Shown: positions 9,501-17,488, counted from the first letter of the stretch. The stretch is DNA of 31,920 nt from Candidatus Eiseniibacteriota bacterium (GCA_031431875.1 JANPEF010000093.1:1-31920), one strand, 5' to 3'. The notes: a model not told the origin generated them from the letters alone. Numbers and translations: made by a program.

Positions 9501-9789
9501 TCGCGGTGGATTGCGTGAGCCCACTGACCCAGTTCGCTGGGAGTCGGCGGGCGAGTCGCGACTCGAAGGTGATGAGCCCGATCGCCGCCGCGGCCACCGC
9601 GACGTACCCCCAGGGCAGGGCACTCGCCCCGTAGGCCGTGAGGAACATCGAGTCGCGCAGGACCTTGGCGATCGTGTAAGCCGCGAGCAGGCAGGCAATC
9701 TGTCCGCCCATGAGGACGAGCACGAGGCGATCCCCGGACTCGAGATCGAGGCGACGATCCAGCCGTTCACCCACGAGCAAGCGAGCCAT
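6562..9789 (-). CDS. Npt/TLC (ATP/ADP translocase)-like transporter fused to HEAT repeats and a C-terminal cyclic-nucleotide-binding domain, 1075 aa
   Basis: ATG 9789 with GAGGT RBS. N-terminal ~12-TM region with KVLRDSMFL, FWITALDAWDSQRARRIFP, VDFQFK, ERRQVKPTLDVVVERGAD; HEAT-like units (SPRVRTEAVRA, REVRRAALKAL, DEVRSLAAAAL); cNMP domain IYQEADPADGLYVVVEGRV..GEAFG. Confidence 0.87.
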   Translation of the reverse strand: MARLLVGERLDRRLDLESGDRLVLVLMGGQIACLLAAYTIAKVLRDSMFLTAYGASALPWGYVAVAAAAIGLITFESRLARRLPANWVSGLTQSTAIALSAAAALLAPSHPPWLPAAFYIWTGSQTLLLVSHFWITALDAWDSQRARRIFPLLTGCGLLGGVAGGTFAGIFAGRRGETFLLWVLCGLLLAFRLLTLVLKARLPQRPLLTQVAAGTSQWSAFRDSTFLRYLAGALGLAVVVSTLVDFQFKALAQQAYPDAVGLARFLGGFYAGLNVLALIVQFGVAGWLLRRLGIGAASGLQPASMLLFGVGLFVAPLWPVAQAMRWVQGIVYQTLGKSSSEIYFMAIRPPERRQVKPTLDVVVERGADAVAGALLLVTFSLLGASVRVVAALTVVAALVWIAMLYQLHRRYVRAFRESLAAPWAEPDSALESLRVPGAIEALADAIGSDDPRRAAIALRFAARAGRASLAPAVRGALGHESPRVRTEAVRAAIALGLSGEDERMRSFLADPYEPLQRAALESLLTHGRDAPAFAREVIEGDDRARRDHGLDLMEAKPALAHGAITLDWIDREIAADTPDDLRDACRGLVHQPGPAAQDRLRALLPHRDREVRRAALKALARTPAPEFLDVALEHLDDRGLRFEAQDAVVAFGERAVPRLAELAREHPDDEVRSLAAAALSRIGGRNARRLLLDLARSSDAVLRYHGLRNLNRIHERSGRRQVSRRDALRMFLREIRDDRIHSDLALALPATADGAVALLRASHFESADRALARACRALACYHWPAPLRGAYEGLRTGSSRESAARALEYLGSLLPGRSFQIARGILEVAPAPLAGEPTADIELRPLLEKALQSEDPWIQAVAARAAALAPDVAVRAASGEDERPRMNEVERVLYLRGIDLFKQAGPRQLLALAAYVREVPMWKGQVIYQEADPADGLYVVVEGRVRLSTGDQALAEIGSGEAFGTWALVDDTARGQRAESLEDGLLITLGREEFYDFATGDTQLLKDLVRVLAGRLKELVAERPEEARVEGEGVATPEATKLEDEVQEDEAPPSEAAAAATDEAVAAREPDEVKP

Positions 9790-9833
9790 CGACACCTCGG
9801 GGAGGCAGGAAGAACACGGGCAAACCCAGAGCG

Positions 9834-9862
9834 ACTGTAGACCGGGCGGCGGTCCGCGTCGA
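9834..9862 (-). promoter_or_regulatory. Putative sigma70 promoter of the NTT-HEAT-cNMP gene
   Basis: TCGACG-17 nt-TACAGT on the minus strand, about 45 nt before the ATG. Confidence 0.45.
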
Positions 9863-10075
9863 GCTTGCAGCCCGGGGAAGCCCTTGCCCGCAGGCCGGTT
9901 GCGCGATTCGGGGGTGACAGGCTCACCGTAGATGGGTTCTAATGGTGAGGCCATCCACGCTGGCTTCGCTGAGATTCTGGGTCCTTCCTGTGATCTGGAA
10001 ATTTGATCAGGGCGAATCTGGTGTGCGCGAAGGCGCCCATCCTCTCCTTCGACGTTGCCACGAGGAGTTCCGCGG

Positions 10076-11443
10076 ATGCGCCTTGAAACAACACTCCCGT
10101 CTGTCCCCATCAAGGTGAGCTGGCTTGGCGCCTCCCTGCTACTTGCGTTGGCGACGGCCGGCCCCGGCGTGGAGGCCCACGCGCAGACGAACCCGGCCTT
10201 CGGGGACTCCGGCTGGGTCGCACCCCTGCCCCCGGGGACGTTCGACGGCGATCCGACCGCGCCCGGCCCCCGGGTCTCCGACGAAGTCGGTGAGCCCGTC
10301 GGCGAAACGGTCCTGCGCACACCATTTCGCATTCTCTTCCTGCCACTGCGCCTGGTCGCCCGCGGAGCCGAAGCCATCGCCGGAGTCGCCGGCGGGAGCG
10401 TCGCTCCGAAGAGCCTGCACGACCAGAAGTCCCCGGGGCTCAAGATCCGCCCGGCCGTGCTCTACGCCGGCGAGTCCGACCCGGCGATCGGCATCCGCGT
10501 GGTTTCGGTGCTCGACCCCGCGCACGAGACGCAATGGGGCGCCGCCGGATCGTGGTCGCTGAGGGATTCGCGCAAGGCCCAGCTCGGCTACCGCCGGGGC
10601 ACCACCGAGGACCACTGGGGAGTGCGGGCGATCACCAACTACAACTACCGGCCCTTCCGCACCTACTACGGAATCGGCAATTCGACGAGCAACGCGGACA
10701 AGTCGATCTACCTGGACGAGGTCGGCGTGGCCGACGTCGCCCTGCGCCTGGGACCCGTCGGCCGTTCGCTGGAGCTCCTCGGCGGCTATGACATCACCAG
10801 CGCGCGCCGCGGCTACAATGGTTCGAGCCCCGGTGTGCTCGAAGTGTTCACGCCGGCCGAGGCCCCCGGCATCAATGATGCATCGCAGGCACTGTCCTTC
10901 GGACTGGGCGGTGAGCTCGCACTGGTCGCGGACCGACGCGATCCCACCTCCGGCGTCCACGGACGCTTCGAGGCCCGCAAGGTGAACGCCCAGGGCGGTG
11001 GGGATTTCAACCTGTGGCAGTTTCGTCTCGAGGCCCGCGGCTACATCCCGATCGCCTCGAAGCGGCGGGTACTCGCGCTGCGCGCCCTCCACCACAGCAT
11101 CGACCCGGTGCGCGACGACGCCGTGATCCCCTTCTACCGCCTGCCCGAGGCGGCCGGGCTCACCAACTTCGCGGGTTACGTGACCCATCGATTCGTCGAC
11201 CGGCATCTCGTCCTCGCCCACGCCGAGTACCGCTGGCTCATCATGGACCGACTCTGGGCGCTGGGCCTCGCCGAGGTCGGCGAGGTGGCCTCCTCGGCCA
11301 GTCGCCTGCGCATGTCCGACGTGCACGAGAGCTACGGCGGAGGCATACGCTACGCATTTCGCGAGGGCGCCGTGGCCCGCCTGCAGATCGCCACGGGGAC
11401 CGACGGCCTTCGTGCGGCGCTCACGCTCAATGGAGACTTCTGA
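10076..11443 (+). CDS. Omp85/BamA-TamA superfamily outer-membrane beta-barrel protein, 455 aa
   Basis: ATG 10076 with GAGGAG RBS; signal ending AHA; amphipathic strands; D.RRDPTSG, EARGYIP, IPFY.LP, RFVD...AEYRW, SYGGGIRY; terminal Phe (LTLNGDF). Confidence 0.82.
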   Translation: MRLETTLPSVPIKVSWLGASLLLALATAGPGVEAHAQTNPAFGDSGWVAPLPPGTFDGDPTAPGPRVSDEVGEPVGETVLRTPFRILFLPLRLVARGAEAIAGVAGGSVAPKSLHDQKSPGLKIRPAVLYAGESDPAIGIRVVSVLDPAHETQWGAAGSWSLRDSRKAQLGYRRGTTEDHWGVRAITNYNYRPFRTYYGIGNSTSNADKSIYLDEVGVADVALRLGPVGRSLELLGGYDITSARRGYNGSSPGVLEVFTPAEAPGINDASQALSFGLGGELALVADRRDPTSGVHGRFEARKVNAQGGGDFNLWQFRLEARGYIPIASKRRVLALRALHHSIDPVRDDAVIPFYRLPEAAGLTNFAGYVTHRFVDRHLVLAHAEYRWLIMDRLWALGLAEVGEVASSASRLRMSDVHESYGGGIRYAFREGAVARLQIATGTDGLRAALTLNGDF

Positions 11444-13101
11444 TGAACCGCCCCGAGTTCCTCGCGATCGTGCTCGCGCTGACGCTGCTCCCCCTGGTCT
11501 CCGATCCCCGCGCCGAGGGCGTGACCGTCGATCCCAAGACGGGCGTCGACCATGATGGCCGGCCGATCATGAAACCGAAGGAGCGCGAGAAGAACCTCCA
11601 TGCTCACCAGTTCCGCGAGGCGGTGGTCGAGCCGCTGTCGCACGCGTTCGACGTGCCCGACAAGTTGCTGTGGCTCTCGCGGCAGCTGACCGGCGGGACC
11701 AAGCCGCAGAGCGTGAACGTGAATCGCTTCGACGAAGTGCCGAACTCGACGTGGTTCACCAACCGGAATCACGTGCGCGCGGTGACCCCGGACGCGGTCC
11801 GCCGTGGCGCCGGTGACGACCTCAAGCCCACACCCCCCTACACGGTCAAGTCGTACAAGCTCTCGGGCGTGAACCCGGGCTTCATCATCAAGGACGCGGC
11901 GGATCGGCGCTGGGTGATCAAGCTCGATCCGTCCGGCCATCCGCAGCTCGGCTCGGGGGCCGATGTCGTCGTCAGCCGCCTGCTCCACGCCGCCGGCTAC
12001 AACGTGCCGCACGACGTGGCGTTCACGTTCAGCCGCGCGGAGCTCACGATCGACGAGGACCTCGCGAGCGGCAAGGACGGTGCCAGGCCGTTCCTCCCCG
12101 GCGACCTCGACACGCTGCTCACCTATGGGGCACTCGGCGCGGACGACCGCTCCTACGCCCAGGCCAGCCTGTTCCTCGACGGGGTGCCGGTCGGCCACAT
12201 CGACATGAGCGGTCGCCGACCGGACGATGCGAACGACCTCTACCAGCACCGGGACCGACGCGAGTTGCGCGGGCTCTATGTCCTCATGTCGTGGCTCGGG
12301 AGCTGGGACACGAAGGACCACCAGTCGCTCGACACGTTCCTCGAGACGCAGGACTCGCTCGGCCACGTCCGCCATCACCTGCTCGACCTGGGTGCGTCAC
12401 TCGGCGCCGCCGCCGAAGGGGCGAAGGGCGAGCGCAACGGTTACGAGTACCGGCTCGACTGGGGCTGGACGATGAAGCGCCTGTTCACCTTTGGCATGGC
12501 CAGCGAGCCGTGGCGCGGCGGCTGGCAGGAAACGGGCATCCCCTCCCTGGGCAACTTCTCCGCCGAGCGCTACGAGCCCGACGACTTCAAGCCACTCATG
12601 CCGCACCCGGCGTTCGGCAAGCGCACCGCGCGCGACGGCTACTGGGGGGCGAAGCTCGTTGCCTCGTTCAGCGATGCGCAGATCGCCGCGGCGATCGACG
12701 CCGTCGGCTACGAGGATCCGCGCGTCGCACCGCTGCTGCTCCGCATCCTCACGGATCGGCGGGAGCGCGTGGCGCGCTACTGGTTCGAGCGTGTGGCGCC
12801 CGTCGACTACTTCCATATCGACTCCGGGCAGCTCCGGTTCCGCGATCTCGCCGTCGATCGGAAGCTCGCGCCCCCGCGGGCCTATCGCGTCCGCCTGAGT
12901 TCGTCCGCGGGCAAGCGGACTTCCGGCGCTCCCTCGATCCAGACTGTGCGGACGACGATGATCTCGCTCGAGACGATCGCCGCCGGCGCCGACCAGATCG
13001 AGCTCGAGGTCGGAATCGACGGCGACCCGGCCGAACCCGCGACCGTGCTGCTGCGCCGCAGCGGCGGCGAGTGGATCCTCGAGCGGGTGGTGCACGGATG
13101 A
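11443..13101 (+). CDS. Exported hypothetical protein with atypical protein-kinase-like (HipA/PI3K/CotH-like) motifs, 552 aa
   Basis: TGATG overlap with the Omp85 gene; signal peptide; SGVNPGFIIKD..RRWVIKLD, ADVVVSRLLHAAGYNVP, WDTKDHQ, LLDLGASLG. The ORF is secure; the fold is inferred. Confidence 0.7.
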   Translation: MNRPEFLAIVLALTLLPLVSDPRAEGVTVDPKTGVDHDGRPIMKPKEREKNLHAHQFREAVVEPLSHAFDVPDKLLWLSRQLTGGTKPQSVNVNRFDEVPNSTWFTNRNHVRAVTPDAVRRGAGDDLKPTPPYTVKSYKLSGVNPGFIIKDAADRRWVIKLDPSGHPQLGSGADVVVSRLLHAAGYNVPHDVAFTFSRAELTIDEDLASGKDGARPFLPGDLDTLLTYGALGADDRSYAQASLFLDGVPVGHIDMSGRRPDDANDLYQHRDRRELRGLYVLMSWLGSWDTKDHQSLDTFLETQDSLGHVRHHLLDLGASLGAAAEGAKGERNGYEYRLDWGWTMKRLFTFGMASEPWRGGWQETGIPSLGNFSAERYEPDDFKPLMPHPAFGKRTARDGYWGAKLVASFSDAQIAAAIDAVGYEDPRVAPLLLRILTDRRERVARYWFERVAPVDYFHIDSGQLRFRDLAVDRKLAPPRAYRVRLSSSAGKRTSGAPSIQTVRTTMISLETIAAGADQIELEVGIDGDPAEPATVLLRRSGGEWILERVVHG

Positions 13102-14747
13102 GGGCGCTGATCGCCAGCGTCGTGGCCGCGATCCTGCTCGCAGTGCTCGGCTCCGGCTGCGCGCAGATGGGCAAGCTGTCGTTCGTCGATCCGATCGCCC
13201 CGGTCGTCCCGGCCGACATCGCGGAGGCGCAGGACTCCTCGCGCGTCGCCGCCGGAATCCCCCGGGAGCGCGCCAGAGACGAGGGCGAGGAGGGTGAGGA
13301 GCACGAGCGGAAGCGCAACCGGGAGCGGACGCCCGACTCGCGCCCGAGCATCCCCCTGCGCGCCATGTTCGCCGACACGCTGGTGGGCTTCCAGCCCGGC
13401 ACCGCCGACAGCGCGCGGCGCCACCTCGGCCGCCTGCGCGAGGGCTACACCGTCGACACGCTGAGCGTGGTGATCATGGGCGACAACCGCCCGTCGTACC
13501 GCTCGACCCGATTCCGCAACAACACGGATGCGATCAAGGGCATTGCCTCGCTCAATCCGCTGCGCATTCTCAAGGGCCTCGTGAACATTCCGATCTTTCT
13601 CGTCCGGGGCACGATCCCGGACCTCGCCCTCTGGCGAGACATCCCCTCCCTCATCTCGAAGAACCCGAGCTACGGGCGCGAAGTCCCGGTGATGAACGCG
13701 ATCCTCGCCCGCATGGATTCGATCGAGGCCCGCGGCAGTCGCGTCTCCGCCGTGATCAACTCGGGCGACATCGTCAAGGATGGGCGCTTTCCCCAGCACT
13801 GGGAGCGCTTCCTGCGCATCACGAGGCCTCTCTACGACCGTGTGCCCTACATGCCGATCGCCGGCAACCACGAGCGGACCGACGATTCTCTCGGTCTCGC
13901 CAACTGGCACACGGCGACGGGACTGCCGATCACGGGAAACCTGCTCAACTACTGCTTCGACTCGGCCGACGGCTGGGTGCGCTTCATCGCCCTCGACTCG
14001 AACCCGATGACCGATCCGAAGCACTACTGGTCGCGCGAGGACGAAGTGGCGGCGACGAACGAGCAGTTCACCTGGATGGTGGCCCGCCTCAAGGAGCACC
14101 GTGGCCCGGCCATGGTGTTCCTGCACCACCCCCCATTCTGCCTCGGGTTCCACCGCGCCGAGTGGGAGTCGGACAGCCTGCTCTCCGCGCGACGCGCCAC
14201 GATGGTGACCGCGCTGCGCGAGGCGGGCCTCGCGGTCCTGGTCTCGGGCCACGAGCACGCCTACGAGCGAGCCGCCCTCGTGTGCGGGGACGCCGTGCTC
14301 GTGTGCATCGTCTCCGGAGGGGCCGGAAGCCCGCTGCACGTGATTCCGACCGGAGAGGAGGCGGGGCGGATGTTCGCCGCCTACGAGCTTCCGGACTGCG
14401 GTTTCAAGCCGGAGGACGTCTACGCGAGCATGACCTTCTCGTACACGGTGATGCGCTTCTGGTTCGGCGGCGGCGACTTGAACACCTACGCCGTCGACGC
14501 GAAGGGCAAGGACCAGCTGATCGACCACCTGGCGATCGACCTCGAGCGCTTCGGCATCCCCGAGATCGACCAGAAGAAGATCGTCATTCCCCCCGCCAGC
14601 GGCCCGAAGCAGCCGACGCCGAGCGAGGAGACATCCAGCACCGTACGCACGGTCGCCCCGTCGGACTCAGCGTCGGCCGTCAAGCCGGTGACCAAGCCGG
14701 CGTCCAAGCCGGGCGCCACGACGCGCACTTCCCCAGGAGGCCGCTGA
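13098..14747 (+). CDS. Calcineurin-like metallophosphoesterase lipoprotein, 549 aa
   Basis: ATGA overlap; lipobox GSG-C; motifs GDNR, SGDIV, GNHE, HHPP, GHEHAYER; Pro/Ser/Thr/Lys-rich tail. Confidence 0.88.
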   Translation: MRALIASVVAAILLAVLGSGCAQMGKLSFVDPIAPVVPADIAEAQDSSRVAAGIPRERARDEGEEGEEHERKRNRERTPDSRPSIPLRAMFADTLVGFQPGTADSARRHLGRLREGYTVDTLSVVIMGDNRPSYRSTRFRNNTDAIKGIASLNPLRILKGLVNIPIFLVRGTIPDLALWRDIPSLISKNPSYGREVPVMNAILARMDSIEARGSRVSAVINSGDIVKDGRFPQHWERFLRITRPLYDRVPYMPIAGNHERTDDSLGLANWHTATGLPITGNLLNYCFDSADGWVRFIALDSNPMTDPKHYWSREDEVAATNEQFTWMVARLKEHRGPAMVFLHHPPFCLGFHRAEWESDSLLSARRATMVTALREAGLAVLVSGHEHAYERAALVCGDAVLVCIVSGGAGSPLHVIPTGEEAGRMFAAYELPDCGFKPEDVYASMTFSYTVMRFWFGGGDLNTYAVDAKGKDQLIDHLAIDLERFGIPEIDQKKIVIPPASGPKQPTPSEETSSTVRTVAPSDSASAVKPVTKPASKPGATTRTSPGGR

Positions 14748-16210
14748 TGATCGGCACCGAACAACCCGCCGCGACCACGGCCGACGCTGGACGGCGCGGA
14801 CCGCTCGACCGCGTGCTCAACATCTTCTCCGACGTCCACGGCGGCGAGGGCACGACCGCCCTCCTCCTGCTCCTCAACGTCTTCCTGCTGCTCGCCAGCT
14901 ACTACCTGATCAAGACGATTCGCGAGCCGCTGGTGCTGGCGGCCGCGGGCGGCGGCGCCGAGATCAAGAGCTACGCCTCGGCAGCCATCGCCGGGCTGCT
15001 CATCGTGCTCGTGCCGGTCTACTCGGCGATCGCCTCCCGGGTTTCCCGCGTCAAGCTGATCAACGGCGTGACGTTGTTCTTCATCGCATGCCTCGTCGGC
15101 TTCTTCCTGTGGGCCCAGGCGGTCGGCATTCCCGGCACGATGCCCGGAGAGAGCAAGGCCACGGCCGAGACCGCCGCCGCCGCGGGAGCCGGACAGCTCG
15201 CCCTCGGCGTGTCGTTCTTCATCTGGGTGGGGATCTTCAACCTGATGATCGTCGCCCAGTTCTGGGCCTTCGCCAACGACGTGTACACCGTCGAGCAGGG
15301 CAAGCGATTGTTTGCCATCGTCGCCTTCGGCGCCTCGCTCGGGGCGATCGCCGGCTCGTGGGGTGCCGAAAACCTGATCGAGCGCTTCGGGCTCTACCCG
15401 CTCATGGGCATCGCCGCCGGCATCCTCGCGCTGTGCATCGTGCTGACGAACCTGGTGCACGTGCGCGAGAGGGGGCACGCGAAGGAACGGGCCAGCGCGA
15501 AGTCGAACGATCCCGCCGCCGTGGCTGCCGGTGACGCCGACGCGGTGATCACCGGCCGCAGCGGCTTCGCGCTCGTCTTCGCCGATCGCTATCTCCTGCT
15601 CATCGCCGGACTCATGATCCTGCTCAACCTGGTGAACTCGACCGGCGAGTACATCCTCGGCGAGACGCTGACGAATATCGCCAAGGACCGGGTGTCCCAG
15701 GGACTGATGGCCGAGGCCGACATCGGCGCGTGGATCGGTTCGTTCTACGGCAACTACTTCTTCTGGGTGAACACGGTCTCGGCGATCGTGCAGCTGTTCC
15801 TGGTGTCGCGGATCATCAAGTTCTTCGGCGTGCGCGGCGCCCTGCTCGTGTTGCCCGTCGTCGCCCTCGGCGCCTACGCGATCCTCGCCGTGGCACCCGC
15901 ACTGGCGTTCATCCGGGGCGCGAAGATCGCCGAGAACGCACTCGATTACTCCCTCAACAACACGACCCGGCAGACGCTGTTCCTGCCCACGTCGCGCGAG
16001 GCCAAGTACAAGGCCAAGCAGGCCATCGACACGTTCTTCGTGCGCTTCGGGGATGTCCTGTCGGCCGGGCTCGTCTTCGCCGGCACGACATGGCTCGCGT
16101 TCACGCCGAAGCACTTCGCGATGGTCAATGTGGGGCTGGTGCTGCTCTGGCTGGGCGTCGCCTTCGCCATCGGTCGGATGTTCCGCGAGCGTTCGGGGGG
16201 CGAGGCGTAG
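14747..16210 (+). CDS. Npt1/Npt2 (TLC ATP/ADP translocase)-like nucleotide transporter, 487 aa
   Basis: AGGAGG RBS, TGATG overlap; YYLIKTIREPL, FFIWVGIFNL..VAQFWAFANDVY..EQGKRLF, DYSLNNTTRQTLFLPTSREAKYKAKQAIDTFFVRFGD; ~12 TM. Confidence 0.88.
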   Translation: MIGTEQPAATTADAGRRGPLDRVLNIFSDVHGGEGTTALLLLLNVFLLLASYYLIKTIREPLVLAAAGGGAEIKSYASAAIAGLLIVLVPVYSAIASRVSRVKLINGVTLFFIACLVGFFLWAQAVGIPGTMPGESKATAETAAAAGAGQLALGVSFFIWVGIFNLMIVAQFWAFANDVYTVEQGKRLFAIVAFGASLGAIAGSWGAENLIERFGLYPLMGIAAGILALCIVLTNLVHVRERGHAKERASAKSNDPAAVAAGDADAVITGRSGFALVFADRYLLLIAGLMILLNLVNSTGEYILGETLTNIAKDRVSQGLMAEADIGAWIGSFYGNYFFWVNTVSAIVQLFLVSRIIKFFGVRGALLVLPVVALGAYAILAVAPALAFIRGAKIAENALDYSLNNTTRQTLFLPTSREAKYKAKQAIDTFFVRFGDVLSAGLVFAGTTWLAFTPKHFAMVNVGLVLLWLGVAFAIGRMFRERSGGEA

Positions 16211-16231
16211 TTCCGGCCGAGCACGCGGGGT

Positions 16232-17488
16232 TCACTCCGGCACCGGGGGACGGGGCTGGCTGGGCTGACCGGGCTGGCTGGGCCCGGGCAGCCCGGCGAG
16301 CCCGGCGCCCGAGGGGCCGTTCGGCACGGCCCACGCGCCCACCTCCTCTGCACCCACCTCCCCCGTCTCCGGCACATGCGCCGGCTCGTCTCTCGGCGAC
16401 ACTCGTCGCCGAGCCTCGAGGCGCTTCCTCTCCATGAATTGTGCTCCAAAGACACGCTCGGCCTCGTACTGATTGTGGGCCCGGCAGCGCAATCGCATGC
16501 GGTCCTCGGTCGCGAGCCCCCCACGGGCCACCGGATCGATGTGGTCGAGCTCGAGAAACGACCGTGTCGAGCAGCGATTTCCGGTGCCCCCGACGAAGGT
16601 GCATCGGCCCCGGTCCCGCTCCCAGACAGCGCGCCTCACGTGGGCCGGAACGTGGCGCTTGCCCACACCGGAACGCCGGGGCGCCTGGGGATGCGGAGTG
16701 ACGGCGAACTTCCGTTTCTCGCATTGCTCGATCAGGGCTTCGAGTGCCCGTTCGAGGACAAGAGCCACGTCGCGCGAGGGGATGGAGTGGCTGAGCAGGT
16801 CCTGGGCGTAGCGCAGCTTTTCCTGTGCACCCTGGCCGATCGTGATCTGGAGCAGGAAAAGCGCCGGCATCTCGACTTGCGCCGGCGCAAGTTCACCGTC
16901 GGCGGGTTCCTCGACTTGCGCCGGCGCAAGTTCACCCCCGGACGCCACCTCGACTTGCGCCGGCGCTCGCTCGCCGTCGGGCGCGGGCCGGGCCGAGGGG
17001 CGCGCGACTTGCGACGGCGCAAGTTGGGGTACCAGCGCAGCGGGCATCGGCTGCAGGGTGCGCGCATACGCGGCGACCTCCATGCGGGGATAGCGCCGCC
17101 CGAGCATCCCCTCGATCGCCGATTTCCTCTGGTCGCTCGCTGCGGCAAGCAACTCGTCCGCGTTCTCGGGGGTGAGATGCGGCACGAGCAGGCCCAGTCC
17201 GGTCAGGTGGAGGCGACCCTCGGCCAGGGCGACAAGAAGCGCCGGAAACTTCCGGCCGGCGCGTGCTGCCTGAATCCGCTTGTAGGCCGCATCCTCGGAG
17301 AGGCGGAGTTCCTCGACACAATAGGCGTACATGGAAGAGTAACCCGCGGACCGGTAGAGGCCGCGGGCATCAACTTCGGCGATGTGGGCGAGAAGTGCTG
17401 CGGTGATCACACGATCGCGGACGACGAGTCCGGCCAGATCACGAAGGAGGGCCGCGTCGCTCAGATGCTTGAGGTCATGGGCACGCAT
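16232..17488 (-). CDS. HNH endonuclease with DUF222-like N-terminal domain, 418 aa
   Basis: N-terminal LSD..LL...LLAHIAEVDARGLY...GYSSMYAYCVEELRLSEDAAYKRIQAAR; C-terminal VRRAVWERDRGRC...C....LELDHIDPVARGG.......LRCRAHN; more A/T-ending codons than flanking genes. Confidence 0.88.
   Translation of the reverse strand: MRAHDLKHLSDAALLRDLAGLVVRDRVITAALLAHIAEVDARGLYRSAGYSSMYAYCVEELRLSEDAAYKRIQAARAGRKFPALLVALAEGRLHLTGLGLLVPHLTPENADELLAAASDQRKSAIEGMLGRRYPRMEVAAYARTLQPMPAALVPQLAPSQVARPSARPAPDGERAPAQVEVASGGELAPAQVEEPADGELAPAQVEMPALFLLQITIGQGAQEKLRYAQDLLSHSIPSRDVALVLERALEALIEQCEKRKFAVTPHPQAPRRSGVGKRHVPAHVRRAVWERDRGRCTFVGGTGNRCSTRSFLELDHIDPVARGGLATEDRMRLRCRAHNQYEAERVFGAQFMERKRLEARRRVSPRDEPAHVPETGEVGAEEVGAWAVPNGPSGAGLAGLPGPSQPGQPSQPRPPVPE
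16871..17024. repeat. Four copies of the 18-bp palindrome ACTTGCGCCGGCGCAAGT inside the HNH gene
   Basis: Perfect at 16875-16892 and 16914-16931, right half degenerate at 16953-16970, one mismatch at 17007-17024; spacing 39, 39, 54; encodes (E/Q)LAPAQV. Confidence 0.9.

Noticed and set aside
9790..10443. 218-aa N-terminal extension of the NTT-HEAT ORF in the track
   Set aside because: Overlaps the Omp85 gene on the other strand; a good RBS and promoter precede ATG 9789
16871..17024. Palindromic repeats with variable intervening sequence as a mini CRISPR array
   Set aside because: Period is only 39 bp with 21 bp or less between cores, all in frame inside a CDS, and there are no cas genes in the window
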